A stretch of 51,112 nt of DNA from Craspedostauros australis (taxonomy: Eukaryota), in the NCBI GenBank assembly GCA_030167865.1, contig JALAGF010005853.1, forward strand, positions 1-51,112, written 5' to 3'. Shown here piece by piece: positions 24,705 through 37,616 of the stretch (its first letter is position 1; every line of letters begins with the position of its first letter). The position numbers were made by a program, and so were the translations under genes. The notes beneath the pieces are model-generated. The model was not told the origin of the DNA and ran no database searches. It saw nothing but the letters and a program-made list of their open reading frames with translations.

Positions 24705-27700
24705 CTACTTCTTGATTAAGAACTGCGAGATCAACGTTGTTGTCGCTCTTTTCTTTTGAGATTTGGCTGTTGCCATCCCACTCTCGGTAACTTCGTCACT
24801 CGCATCACCCGGTGATTGTGGAGAAGATGTTTCGACATCCATGGAGACGCTGGAATCGTTACTTGCGTTGCCGATATCATGCTTGCTGAGATCATCGTCG
24901 TTTGCCTTGGACTGAGCTGGTGTCTTGGGGTTGGCGTTGATAGTGATGGCGTTGGCAAGCTTCGCACTCTCTGCGCCGTTGCTCACGGCCTTCTTCGCTT
25001 TCTTTGCACATGGCAGCAGAACGGCGATGGTGCTCTGGAGCTCAACGCGGCGCTTCTTTTTCTTTTGCACCTTCATTTGGACGTTGTTCGTAGGTGTCGA
25101 TGCCTTAGTTGTTGCTTTGGCACTTGGCTTCCATGTGTTGGGGGTGGAGGGCTTGATCTTCGAATTGCGGTTGCTGACATCCGTCTCCCCTGGAGCAGCA
25201 GCAGACGAGGAAGAACTGGCAGCCTTCGGTGTTGTCGAAGATGGGTTCTTCTTCGCACTTCCTGGAGTCTTCTTCGATGGAAGCTGGAATCCATGCTCCT
25301 TTGTCTGCGAATGATGGTGAGTACATCAAGCGATGGAAATAGTGACGACGGTGACCGCATCGCACCGTGGAGTAGCGTAGAGTGGATGGAAGCAGCGTAG
25401 GGAAGATGAAATGGTGCAATTCGAGATGAGAATGCTGTTGATGATGAAGGCGGAACAATCCAATTCAATCCGAGGCGGTCCAAGGAAATGCAAGCCAGCC
25501 CAAAATCAATCCCAATTCAATGCAAGTCAGTCCTGTCCAACCACATCACTTACCAGCAAGTCTTCCAGCCCAAGTTCCTTCAGCACGTCATTCTTCACAA
25601 CCCAGAACACGCCTCCCACCCTGCGATGTTTCTCTGCGATGCTGTCCAGCTTTCGAGCTGCCTTGGCCTTGATCAGAAACGTGATCGGGTCCAGATTCCG
25701 GAGCTCTTCGATCAGCTTTTCCTTGGACAGAGCGGTGCTGTGATGGAAGAGCCGTGCCATCGTCTTCAAATCCTCCAGCGTGTATTCATCAACGTTCTTG
25801 GTGCTCGCCGACCCTGTCCCGCCGTTCGTTGTGCCACCGTCGGCACCTGCAGCAGTCTCGTCTTCATCGTCAGGCTCCGGGAGCAATGCCGGCGGGTACG
25901 CATCGAGGCACAGCTGGGCATCGCTTTTGCAGTCGCACTCGTGCTGCATGATCAGATCGTTAGCATGGCTGGCTTGCATGCCTTCAATCCATGTCAAATT
26001 TCCATCATCCCGCGATGCCTCCGATGGGACTGCAGCTGCTGCCGCGGTGTTGAATGGTATTCCACCGGCGAGCGGCGCTATAACACTCACTGTCTGCAAA
26101 CGAAGTCTGCCATCGTTCTGAGTGTTCTGGCTGCTCTGTACCTTCTGCTCGTACAGCATCCTCGTCTCCTCATCGAAGCTCTCGTTGGCGGCGACGTACT
26201 CCTCGTCCGCCACGCAGAAGCCATCGTCGTAGATGTAGTTGCTCTGCTTCTCGTCTTCCACCTCTTCTTCTTCCACGTTCTTGCTGTCATCTTGCACATC
26301 CTCACCGATCTCGTTGTCACCGGCGACCCATTCCGCCTCGCTGTCGTAATCGTAGTTGAACAAGGAAGAATCCTTGCCGAATGGGTTGCGTCCGTTGATG
26401 ACCTTGCTCGGTTTGCTCCACGTACCAAAGTACGGTGGCCGGTAGTCAAGATGGAATCGAAGGAACCGATACCGATTGTGCACCTCCACCTCCGTCAATT
26501 CTGCGAATGGCTGCTGGCTCGTATCGAATGGATTCACCGATGCTGCGGCGCCTCCATGCTCTGCGTCAGGAAAGTTCGTGACGTACGCATGTATCTTGAT
26601 GCGGCGCGTGCGTCTACGACGGCTTCGTTTGGCGGCTTTGGAGAGCTTGGTCTTGTGGAATTCGTTTGAGATGTCCGGCGGTTCATCTTGGGATTGGATC
26701 TGTGCACGGAAGGCGTCCACATCAAACGTGTTGGCGTTTGCTTCTGTTGCTGCTTGCTTGGTTGCGATGCGCGACGAGGAGGACGGTGACACCAACGACG
26801 ATGACGAAGGTTGGGATGATGGTTGTGACCCTCCTTTCTTGCTGGTTGATTGCGCAAGTACTGCCCGTGTGGTGCTGGTGGACGATGAGGACGTTGCTTC
26901 GGCAGTTTGCTTCTGTGGTGTGCTGCTGCCTCCAAAGAAGGACATGAAGGTTGCCTTTTGCTTGCTGAGCAAGGACTTGGCCTTCTGCTGCTTCTCTTCG
27001 CGTTCAGTCTCCTCGCGCTTCTTCATTTCCTCACGCTCCTGAGCGGCAGCCTGCTTCTTGCGATCGGCCTCGGCCTTCTTGCGGTCCTTCTCCTTCTTCT
27101 TCTCAGCAATGGCCAACGCCCTTTGCTGTTTCTTCTCCTCATCCATCTTCCACTTTATCAGCTTCATCTTGCTCTCCTTCCGCTGCTTCTCCAGCTCCCT
27201 TCGCGCGTCGGCCACCTTCTTCTCGGCCTGGTTGATCCGTTCGACGAAGAATGGTGGCGTTGTGTTCGTGTCCTGAATCTTCTTAATCATGGTGTCCAAA
27301 GCAGTGACGGCGCGTCTCAGTGCCGTGAGGAATCCGTGCACCTTCTTGCGCGACATGCGTGCGTTGAATGCGTTGGATCGCACGTTCTTTGGCAGCAGGG
27401 TCGAGGTCGTCACCTCCCATCTCCACAGTCTGCTTGCTACGTTGTCGCCAAGCGAATTGGTAGCTGCGGATGATGTCGTGTTGGAAACTGTCGATTCGGC
27501 CGTTGCTGTGGCAGCTGCGGCAGTTGCGGTGGTGCTGGGCGGATCCCATCCGGCAGCGAAGGACTTGCGCTCAGCGTTCGATTCGATCTGCTTGGATATC
27601 TCGTTGAGTGTCCATGTGCAAGAATGAGCCTTCTCGAGGTTCTGCTTGAGGGACTGTGACAACACGGAAAGCGGATCAGAGCTGTGTGCACACCAAGATC

Positions 27701-29826
27701 AATGAGGTGAAATGTGTATGTGTTGGAAGAGTGGGGTGGAATTGAGTAGATGCGATGGAAGGGAGTTGAGATGTGTGAGCGTGGGTTGGCAGATGTGGCA
27801 CGTCTTTGTTGTGTGGCAAACGTTGCCAAGGCGGGCACGATGTTGCACACGGGATACATGTGCGCATCGCAGGATGCACATTGGATATGGGTATAGGAGT
27901 TTGCTCCATTCATATTCGTCGTACTCACCTTCCTTCAATCAAGACCAGCATGTTCGGAATGACTTCCAACGGGAATCGGTCATCATCTCCCGCAGAAGCG
28001 CCGTCAATATCGATATCGACAGCAGTCACCGAATCCATCACATCGTATCCCTCTCCATCAAATCCCCTGTCGCAAGTGAGATCGATCAATGCATTCGCAT
28101 CCGCTGTGTGCTTCTGTATCATGCTTTGATAGTCCTCGAGGCGTGATCGACACTCCTTGGACAGAACAATGCTTTTGGACGTATCGGCTGCACTCTTCTT
28201 CGATTTGGCTGCAGACTTCACCGGCGACTTGGGTTCTTTCGCAGCTGGCGATTTTGCAGGTCTCGTCTTCTTCGAAGTGGTTGCATCAGAGGCAGATGAA
28301 GTTGCGGCTTTGGACTTGGATGAGTCGGCCGACTGCGTGGCAGCCTTCTTTGGATTCTCGGTCTTCTTCTTCTTGTTCTCCGATGCTGGTTTCTTGTTGG
28401 CCATGGCGACTTTGGCGGCAACCTCATGAAGGGCATCCAGCTTATCCACCGTCGTGCGTCGTTTCCGTCTGGGGCACAGTGTGCGTGTCTGCGTCGGGTC
28501 GTGTGATGTCGGCTTGGCTGTGCCCTTTTCGGTATTCATATCTTCGGTCGTCTCCGAAGCTGCTACTGAAGATGTTGCTGCGGTTGTGGTTGGTGAAGAT
28601 GCTACTGGTGGTTCCTTCGCAACACTTGGTGTCGCCATTGCAGGGAATCCCTCTTGCGACACTTCGTCCACTTTGCGTTTCGTTGCAGAGGGCGCACGTT
28701 CTGCTCCATCGCCCTGATTGTCGGTGGAAATTGCAACGCTTTCCTCCATTTTGACATCGGCAGGAGCAGCCTCTGAATCTGCTGCTGGCGGCTCCTCCAC
28801 TTCATCAACAAGAGAATTGTTCTTCGAATCACCAGATGATGATGGCTGTGCTGTTGTGGCAGTTCGTTGATTTGTCTGTGTGCGACGCATTGAAACCGAA
28901 GCACTCGAATCCGTTGTGTCCATCTTTTGCAAAGATCCATTTGGTGCCACCATCTCCACATCGAACACAAGCATCGCGGCTTTCAAAGGGTCCGAATCGA
29001 ACGAGGCCTGTTCGTTCTGTGCTGGCTTCGCAGTTGGCTCATTCTGCTTCTGCTTCTCCTGTTTATGATTCTGCTTGGGCGATGCCTTTGCCTTTGTCGT
29101 TGTGGTTGTGTTTTTTGCTGATACAGCTGACGCGGCTGATGGAGTTGAGGATTGTGGAGATAGGACCTTGAAGAAGTTGCCAAGCTTGGTTTGTGCCACA
29201 GGCTTGATTGGGCTCCTCTTCTTCTGCGCTGACTTGGAAAATGACATGGCCCTCTTGCTGCTTGGAGGCGTGACCTTCGATGGGCTCAGATGAGGTCTTC
29301 TGGGTGGTGAGGTCATGGAGGATTCCTCTTTCAGTTCAATTGTTGGTTGATTTGTGACATCTGGTGGTGCCATTTTCGCATTTTTCCGTACGAAGAGTGC
29401 TGTTTTTGCTCGTGGTTTGGATGCAAGTTTTGTGCTGTCGTGGGTCTGCAGGAGGCTGGTCTTTGTGTGCGAAGCCTCACGAACTCTCTTCGAGCCCGAT
29501 TGATGTTTTGCTTGTTTGCCACAGGAATCATCAGACTCCACAACCACAGTTTCTTTGGAGGCCTTCTCTGCTGTTTCATTCGTCGCAATCGTATCGACAA
29601 CAGCATCGCCAAGAGCATCGTCAACGTCCATGAAAATGGACCTGCCTGCCAGTGAGGCTGATGTTGTGACGCTGTGCTTGTTGTTGCCGTTGTGTTTATC
29701 GCCAGTAGCGGCCTCATCCTCGTCGCCTTGAAGGCGTGTGGGCGAAGCTGCCTTCGACGGCTTGGTCACTGGCAACAAAACCTCCACCAGATCCTCCCGT
29801 ATCGTCACCATCATTGGGGTGGGCAT
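24705..29826 (-). CDS. CHAF1A: Chromatin assembly factor 1 subunit A (p150/FAS1/Cac1), 3 exons, about 1541 aa
   Basis: Exons 29826-27929, 27681-25554 and 25304-24705, with GT-AG in-frame introns. Contains a KER-rich coiled coil, a PIP-like QKATFMSFF and the signature FLRFHLDYRPPYFGTWSK...GRNPFGKD...NYDYDSEAEW, then acidic DDGFCVADEEY and a WHD-like C-terminal region. Confidence 0.92.
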
Positions 29827-30549
29827 GATGAAGTGTCTGTGTTGCACTAGTACTCGCGGTGCGTTTGTGTTAAGCTTGTGTTGCTGTCTCTGCCCTGGAT
29901 CGCTGCGTTTGCGGTCGTCGATGAAGAAGCAAGGGTACCGATGGGGCGGCGGTGAGAACAACGATGCAATCCGTTTCTCTCTCCTTTGATGAACGATAGA
30001 GGGTACCTCTGTCAAAAACAACAACTCGTGTGTTTGGTTGTAACCCACTCTCACCAAGATGGCGATTGTGAGTTCTGCGCACAACGACAGCCGAAATGTT
30101 GCACCACGCAAAACGCCGCGATGACTGTTGCGTGTTGTGCAGACAACAACATCATCCAACTGAAAATGGCGCGAACAGACGAAACCCGCGAGGTCTATCG
30201 CCAAACTTCGAACGAGCTCGCATCGTATTCCAACAAGTCGGCAGTCAACGTACGTGCATGTTTGGGACAGTCGACCAACTGGAATCCGCAACGAACCACG
30301 TTTCGTCTTGCTTCTCATCGAACACGCTGGCGAACAGCAAAGCAAGAGGAGAGATTCGTTCTGCGTGAAGGCCAACATGATCAATGATCGTGGATGGATT
30401 CATGATGGGCAAACAATCATTCATGGCTTGTGCTCGTGGACTACTCATGCTCTCTCTCTCTCTCTCTCTCGACAGAGTGGAGCAAAGGAGGAACGAAGAC
30501 AGCAAGGAACAGACCAAACGCCGAGCGTGATAGAAGTCAGAAGGAAACG

Positions 30550-31125
30550 ATGGCAACGCAGCAACAACAGCAGCAGCAGCAACATGTTGACGACAATGAG
30601 ACAAAACCGCAACAGAATACATGGAAACTGCGCGTCGCCGGCGTCGGATACAGCGTCATCCTGCACATCCCAGCGAGCTGCGCGGACTCCCCCACGACGG
30701 TCGGTGACCTGAAGGCCATCATCGAGAATGAGATCGCGCTGCCGGCACGATACCAGCGATTGTTGGCACGCGGCAAACCGCTGAAGGACGACGATGCCGC
30801 GCTGCACGAGTACGGCATTCGAGATCGCACGCGCGTGATGCTGCTGCACAGTGCCGAGTACGCGCAAGATCGTGTATCATTCGAGAAGTTGGGCGTCATT
30901 GCGAAGGAGATTGCGGATTTGGAGTCCAAGGCAACCGATGGTCCGAACGCGATGCCCGCGAACGTGCTGCACGAGCTCGTCACTCAGCTATGCTGCAAGC
31001 TTGACGATGTCGATGTGCATGGATCTGAGACGCTGCGATCGTTTCGCAAGAAGCTGTTGCGCGGTGCGGAAGCAATCGAAAAGATGGAGCAAGGGGGCGA
31101 GCAAGAAACCGAGAATGCGAAGTGA
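30550..31125 (+). CDS. BAG1-like co-chaperone (ubiquitin-like + BAG domain), 191 aa
   Basis: UBL: TVGDLKAIIENEIALPARYQRLLARGKPLKDD...YGIRDRTRVMLL. BAG: ELVTQLCCKLDDVDVHGSETLRSFRKKLL. Confidence 0.88.
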   Translation: MATQQQQQQQQHVDDNETKPQQNTWKLRVAGVGYSVILHIPASCADSPTTVGDLKAIIENEIALPARYQRLLARGKPLKDDDAALHEYGIRDRTRVMLLHSAEYAQDRVSFEKLGVIAKEIADLESKATDGPNAMPANVLHELVTQLCCKLDDVDVHGSETLRSFRKKLLRGAEAIEKMEQGGEQETENAK

Positions 31126-32301
31126 GAGGGAAGCTCAAACGCGGGCCATTGTGGTTGTCGCCGGACGACTGTTGGGAGTTTGGAAGATGGACAAGATAGA
31201 TAGCCTGGTGCTAACTGGATGATTGGATCATGCGGACACGATGCTGTGAAGCTTTATGGACTTTATGGAGTACCATTGTGTATTATTGCACATGGCACAT
31301 CAATTCGTCCCATGTTTTGGTCGAACTATAATACACATTTGTGCCTGCATTCTGCATGCGTACCTTTGCTGAAGATTCGATTCCAGTCCTCCACATCATG
31401 CTCCATTTTCATTTACTTTGCTCTACTCTATCGTTATACTCATCACTCTATTTCCAAAGTGATTTTATAGATTGTTTTAGTTCATTTCGGAGTGTTGGGT
31501 GTTGCCACATGCATGCTGCCGTTCTGACGAGACAGACAACAGGTCGGTCAGTCAGTCCTTCCGCACACCGGTGAAATGCACCACAAAAAGCCGCACAGAG
31601 CGGAGTGCGCACGGAGGAGAGCACCAAGAATCACCCAGTCCACCAAGATTTTCGCAGTCCGGTACTCCCCACCCAACAGATCGGCCAAGCATCTGTTCTC
31701 TGATCGGTGGGATCCCCAACCATAATTCCATTCTGTTACCCTCTTTTTGCGAACTCCTGCTTCGAGAGTGCGAAGACGCCTGCTGTTTCTCATCTCTGCC
31801 ACTTCTGCTCCAGAGACCAAGAGAGAGAGAGGTGTTGCCAGAGACAGGGTGGAGACAAGGCAAGAGGTCTTGTGTGTTGCTGCGGATCACGCAAGGGAGT
31901 CGACAAAGAGGGCCTCAAAGAAGGAGAGAGCGAGTGAAGTTGGCAACCGACAGCCACCAAAGGATCCACATCAACAGAGACACCAGAGCATCAAGATCAC
32001 CCCAGAGAGCACGACTCTTCCTTGCCTTTCCTCCGAAAAGATCTGCGCACAGATCGATCACACGGCAGCAGGTTCCATCCCAACTCGACACCATCACCAT
32101 CTCTCTGTATCTGTTTATCTCTCTGTGTTGCTCTCTCCTGGTTCATTGTTGTCATTGTTGTCACCGTGGCCATCGTGGTCATCGCCACCTTCATCGCCAT
32201 CCGAACCTCCTCACCGCTATAACAAGCACAAGGCAAACATAACCATCGCTGGCAGTCCCACGATCGGAGCCAAGCGACGCAAGAAGGTGCCAGGATTGGA
32301 G

Positions 32302-34763
32302 ATGGACCCTCAGTCGCAGCAGCTCGTCCTGGGAACGGATGGCCGGGTCTACATCCTCATCTACCCACCTGAAGGCGCAACGCCTGTGCCAACCCATCTC
32401 AACCCCTCTGGCAGACCTGTTCCCACCGTCACGCCGCTCACGCCTGTGCCCACATCTCCGGACCAACCTGGATTCCTTCCTCCGCCAACTCTGCAGCCGC
32501 ACCAGACTCAACAGCAGACCCAGCAGCAGACTCAACAACAGACTCAACAGCAGACTCAAGGAGGCCAACTTCAGGGACAGATTCAACCCACTCTGGCACA
32601 GCAACAACATCAGACGCAGAATGATGGCACGCAAACACCCCAACCGTGGATGCAACATCAGCAGGAGCTGCAACTGCAACTGCAACAACTGGGCCACCAG
32701 CAGTCGGCTGTCGCGGAACCGCAGACACCAACGAACATGGCATATAGCGCGGCAAACTCACCAGCGCAACAACAGGGCGAGGCTGTCCCAATGATGGATG
32801 TGCAGAAGCTCGACTCGCCGGTGACTCGGCCTGCGGACGAACGGCAGGGCGCATTGTTGACAGCGGCACCAGGAGTCGCAGCAGCGCCAGGGCATCCCAC
32901 CGTCCCTTCCGTCAATATGCAGTCCAACGAACAACCAAACAACCAAGCGGAAGGGCAACAGTCCCAAGCGCAGCAACAGCAAATGCAGCATCAACAGCTG
33001 CAACTGCAACAGCAACAACAGGTTCAGGCTCAGATTCAACCCGCGATCAACCAACAGCTACAACAACAACCGCAGCCGCAACAGCAGCAACAACAGCAGC
33101 AGCAGCAACAACAACAAGATAACCAACAGTCGCCGTTCAACACATCCGTGCAAACCATGAGTGCGGAGGACACGGCGACGATAGCAGCCATGTCCGGCGT
33201 GAACGATCAAGCCACGCCTCCAAATCAAACCGACATGATGACAACGGCAGCTGCGCCAACCACGGGCCAACCGCCACAACAAGCACCAGCTTTCAACTCC
33301 GCACCGGGCTCTTCGCCAACGTCGCAGCCAGGCATGCCTCCCATTCAAAATGATCTGGCCATGGAACTCCTCGTCCCCTTCCTCGCCGGTTTCATTGCCA
33401 ATTCGCCAGGCCTCGTTGTGTCTCCCGATGTCTTGGCATCGGCTGCGACCATTTTGCATCCGCAGCTGCAGCAATCGCAACTCTCCGCTCTGGCTGCGAA
33501 CGCACCTGCCAACACGACAGCCCCGTCAGCGTTCCTTCCGCACAACATGGGGCAACTCAACAACAACAACAACCAGCCCAATTTCGACCCCACCAAGATG
33601 GATCACGCGACCTTCATCACCGGCGCCAAGATGGGAAATGGAGGCGTGCCCAATCTGCAAGTACCGAACATGACCAATTCGCAAGCACCTGCCTTCCAGC
33701 AAGCAGGTAACTACGCCACGCCTTCGCCTTCTGTCATCGACATGACCAACACGGTAGGCGTCGCCAAGGCTGCTTCGGCGACGCACGCCAACATGACATC
33801 GCCCATGTTCATGAACCTTCCAACACAGCAACAACAACAGCAGCATCAGACGGGCAACATGGTGGCCGCGCAACAAGCTAACGGCAACGGAAACGCTCCA
33901 AGTACAGCACTGGACGTCGCAGCCAAACCACCCGCGGCACCGCAACCCCAATCCAGCAGTCCTGCCGTGCCTCTCTTCTTGTCTTGCGATACCGACAGCC
34001 TGTCCAACTACCAATGCATGGTGCGCCGTCAGGTCGAATTGTTCACGGCGACGGAAAAGGATGTCGAAGTCAGCCGGCAAGGCAGAAATCGTGCCATCAT
34101 TCTGGGGCAGGTGGGGATACGGTGTCGGCATTGTTCTCATCTGCATCCAAAAGATCGCAAGGCGGGCTCCGTGTACTTTCCCAGCAAGGTCCGTATGGCA
34201 TTCGCACGTGCGGTCGTGACGACATTGGAATGATCATCTTGACGCATCATGATGTTGGTGTACTCGTATGTGACAAAGCGTGCGAGCGGAACCAGAGCTG
34301 GTACTTTGCTGTCATTCGCAATTCAGATTCAAGGAAACGTCGCATTGGACATTCGGAGTTGCAGTAATTTGCATTTGTCATCTTGTGAAACCTGCAAGCA
34401 TCACACTACTCGATTCCAGCTCTTTGCAAACTCCTCACGTTTCTTGCTGTTCTCGTCGTCAATAACGCAATCCATCCCTACTGTTCCTGCCGTGCACAGC
34501 TATCGGGGATTTACCAAACGGCTCAGAACATGGCGTCCGTCCATCTACTGAATCGATGCGAACAAATCCCTCCACAAATATGGCACGAACTCAAGATGCT
34601 CGCGCAGCAAAAGTCCGCATCGGGCGGCGGGCCCGGCTATTGGAGTGACAGTGCAGAAGTGCTGGGAGTCTACGAAGTGGAAGGCAAGGGACTTCGCATG
34701 CGAAAGAACAAGTATTCGAAGAGCAATGGCGGCAATCGCACCAACGGCAGCAACGACATGTGA
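32302..34763 (+). CDS. Gln/Pro-rich protein with a C-terminal GQVGIRCRHC domain (putative zinc-binding regulator), 2 exons, about 716 aa
   Basis: Exons 32302-34188 and 34500-34763 (AAG|GTCCGT ... CACAG|CTA) give LSNYQCMVRRQVELF...GQVGIRCRHC...GSVYFPSKLSGIYQTAQNMASVHL...C...YW...LGVYE. I recall this domain from diatom hypothetical proteins. The start codon is uncertain. Confidence 0.82.
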
Positions 34764-35471
34764 AGCCAGGACAGTCGGCAAACCAAAAGAAGATATTCTG
34801 ATCTACTCAACGAGTAGACTTGTCTTTGCCGACTCGACGAGTATCAATGATGATTGGATGGTGTGTTGGTCAAGCATTCCGTTTTGGGTGAAGATCTTCC
34901 TGGGGTGATGTCGCAGTCTCGCGTATCTCCCCAGGCTGCCTTGCCCAACCAGTGAGCAGTTCTCTAGCAACTTTGAATCTGTACTCTACTACCCTACTAG
35001 TACCCTTGAAGTAGCCGATGCGACAGAATTCTTCCACCTTGAATGCGACCACGCGGCGTGTGTGTCCCTTCGTAGCGCGCAATCATGTACGAGAAACTGA
35101 ATTCTCGATTCGTTTCAGTACGCAATGGTGTGATCGGTTTTTGTTGTGGGGTCATGGAGCAGAGTATTTTACTCAAAAGCAGGTTCGACACTCGCCGTAC
35201 TTGTATCGGAACCGGTCAGGTGCTCCGCTCTGCTTTGCTCTGTTGTTGTTGAAACAAATGGAACCCAATAACAAAGATAGGCCCACAATCGCATTGCATC
35301 GGATGCTCAAGTAGCACCGTATTGCTGAGCATATCTGTGTTGATAGCATTGAAACCAGTCGCTGCAACCGAGCCTCAATCAACCGAAGCACAGAGGAGTG
35401 CAAAGCACGACTTCGATTCCGTCCGTCGAGTGGCCATACGCTCATGACGTCATGAGTGAAGATTGCACTTG

Positions 35472-37616
35472 TCATGTCGGCTGATCCTGCTCAACGTGCG
35501 ACAACGCGATATGATCCATCAAGAAATCCAAAACCTCAATGTGATGCTCCGACGTCATGGCGTGGACGCCTTGGCAGACGGCCATCTCCTGGTTGACGGT
35601 CTCCCACAACCATGCGTGACCGCTGTAGGCATGCGTGCCAGCGTGGTAGACCCGATCCGGGTCCGAAAACTCAATGCCCACGTCATCCATGAGAGAGTTT
35701 TGTGATTCCATCATCGTCGTTCCACCATCTCCTTCATTGGTTGGGTGCTTCCAAAATTGATACCATCGCGACCCATCCTGTTGATTCTGTTTGTCCTTTG
35801 CGCCTGTCTTCTCTTTCGACGCTTTCGTTTTCTTCTTCTTTGTTTTGGGTGTCTTTTTCTTGGTCGTTTTGGTAGTCGCTGTCGTCGTTGCCATCTGATC
35901 AATATCATCATCCATGCGTGCTTGGATAGCGGTCGGTATTTCAAGGTCGTCCATTTCATCCAAACCGAGCTTGGTCAATGCCTGCTGCCATTGCAACCGC
36001 TCCGCATGTTTCTTGATATATCCATCCGCATTGAGCCACGGTTGCAAGCCCGCTATCACCGCGTCGCAAGACTCCGCGTATTCCGGTATTCTGGATCTGC
36101 AGCTGCTCTGCGTGAATGGTCGCGGCATGACCTTGAAGAGTTTGGTGTCGATGCCGGCAGCGCGCAGGTCCTTCGAATGCTGCTTCGCCATGGAAAAGAT
36201 GACCTTGTCCTTGCCCATGTTGACGTAGACTGTCGGTATCGCCTTGATGGGTTGATTGTACAGATACGACCGCGGATACGGCGATATGGAATTGTACATG
36301 GCGATCGCGGAGATCCCCAGCTCCCGTTGAACGCGAATGGCAAAGGAGGACGCCGACGACGACGCCAATCCCACTTTCGCCAGCGTGTCCAATTCATGCG
36401 ACCTTGCCCAATAGTTGACGTTTTCGACAATCTGCTTTTCATCACGTTGCGTCCAACAACCATTTTCCCGGTTCTGGCTCGTCGGCGCAATGATGGCAAG
36501 ATTTCTGGACAACGCGGCGTACGCAATGATGCGTTCCTCCGGCCGCTGGAAGAAGTCGAGGCCAGTTTGCTTGCACTGATGCAAGACAACGAGAATGGCT
36601 CGCGGCCCTTGCTCTCGGAACATGTTGGATTTGGGCAGGAGGAAGTAATGCTTGATCCCCCTCACCCTCACCTCCTGCGGCTCAAGGGGCATCGTGAATA
36701 TCTGCTCGAGCTTGGTTTCCATCACGCCATTCATCCTCGTGTACTTCGTGACGGTGGACGAGTAGCGCAAGAGCATGCAGAGCGAAACAAAGAAGAGCAG
36801 GAACGTGACGCAGAGCATGCGTTGACTGCGCGGCCTCTTGGCTTGGTTGGGCTTGTCCTTGTTGGTGCTGCTCTTGCGCATGAGCGATCTCGTTTGGGAT
36901 CTCGTCGGGCTGATGTCCAATCTGCCGGGTGCGGGTCTGGTGTTGGTGCCACTACTGCTACTTTTTTTCTTCTCCTTGTTTTTGCTGTCACTGTGCGTGC
37001 TGATCTTGACGAAATCGGCTGGCAATCGTGCTCTGGAGTAGGGGTCGGGTGAATTTGGAGGTGGCGGGGTGGTGGACCGTCTTGAGAGGCCCCGTGATGA
37101 ATGTGCCGAAGCGATTTTGCTGGAGCTGCTGTTGTTCCTGTTGCTGGTGTTGATGCTGGTGCCGGTGCTGCTGTTGATGTTGCTCGTGCTGCTGCTGCTG
37201 TTGTTCTTATTGCTGATCTTGCTGTTGCTCATGCTTTTGAGGATGTCGATGCTGTGGGTGCTGTTGTCGTTGATCATATTCGATACGGATGCATCATTGC
37301 TCTCGATATCCCTGGTCTGGCTTTGGTTGTGGCTCTGGGCATGGTTGAAGAGCAATGGCCTGCGATCGTCATTGTCATTATCATAATCGCCGTCGCTGTC
37401 CTTGTCGCTGTGATTGGCATCGTCATGGAAGACTCCCCCGATGATGGGTATGGCTGCCACAGTTGGTTGCTTGGCCTTGACCTTTGACTTTGACTTTGCT
37501 TTCCTTGGTGTGAGCGATGCTGATGTCGATGCTTTCTGTTTGGTGGTGCTTGACTTGGCCTCAGATGTGGAGGAATCACCGAAGGACAGGAACGACAAGC
37601 CGCCAGTGGTGAACAT
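35472..37616 (-). CDS. Type II membrane protein with an alpha/beta-hydrolase-like lumenal domain, 714 aa
   Basis: Ser/Lys/Asn low-complexity N-terminus, one TM (MLCVTFLLFFVSLCMLL), then AILVVLHQC...PEERII...ALSRNLAIIAPTS...GCW...VGLASSSASSF...PTVYVNMGKD...GVHAMTSE...VLDFL. Confidence 0.75.
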   Translation of the reverse strand: MFTTGGLSFLSFGDSSTSEAKSSTTKQKASTSASLTPRKAKSKSKVKAKQPTVAAIPIIGGVFHDDANHSDKDSDGDYDNDNDDRRPLLFNHAQSHNQSQTRDIESNDASVSNMINDNSTHSIDILKSMSNSKISNKNNSSSSTSNINSSTGTSINTSNRNNSSSSKIASAHSSRGLSRRSTTPPPPNSPDPYSRARLPADFVKISTHSDSKNKEKKKSSSSGTNTRPAPGRLDISPTRSQTRSLMRKSSTNKDKPNQAKRPRSQRMLCVTFLLFFVSLCMLLRYSSTVTKYTRMNGVMETKLEQIFTMPLEPQEVRVRGIKHYFLLPKSNMFREQGPRAILVVLHQCKQTGLDFFQRPEERIIAYAALSRNLAIIAPTSQNRENGCWTQRDEKQIVENVNYWARSHELDTLAKVGLASSSASSFAIRVQRELGISAIAMYNSISPYPRSYLYNQPIKAIPTVYVNMGKDKVIFSMAKQHSKDLRAAGIDTKLFKVMPRPFTQSSCRSRIPEYAESCDAVIAGLQPWLNADGYIKKHAERLQWQQALTKLGLDEMDDLEIPTAIQARMDDDIDQMATTTATTKTTKKKTPKTKKKKTKASKEKTGAKDKQNQQDGSRWYQFWKHPTNEGDGGTTMMESQNSLMDDVGIEFSDPDRVYHAGTHAYSGHAWLWETVNQEMAVCQGVHAMTSEHHIEVLDFLMDHIALSHVEQDQPT

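Noticed and set aside
29827..30549. N-terminal ORF extensions of CAF-1A and BAG (likewise 31747, 38085, 21697, 46112)
   Set aside because: They begin at GTG/TTG starts and run through microsatellite or UTR-like sequence, so the first in-frame ATG was used.
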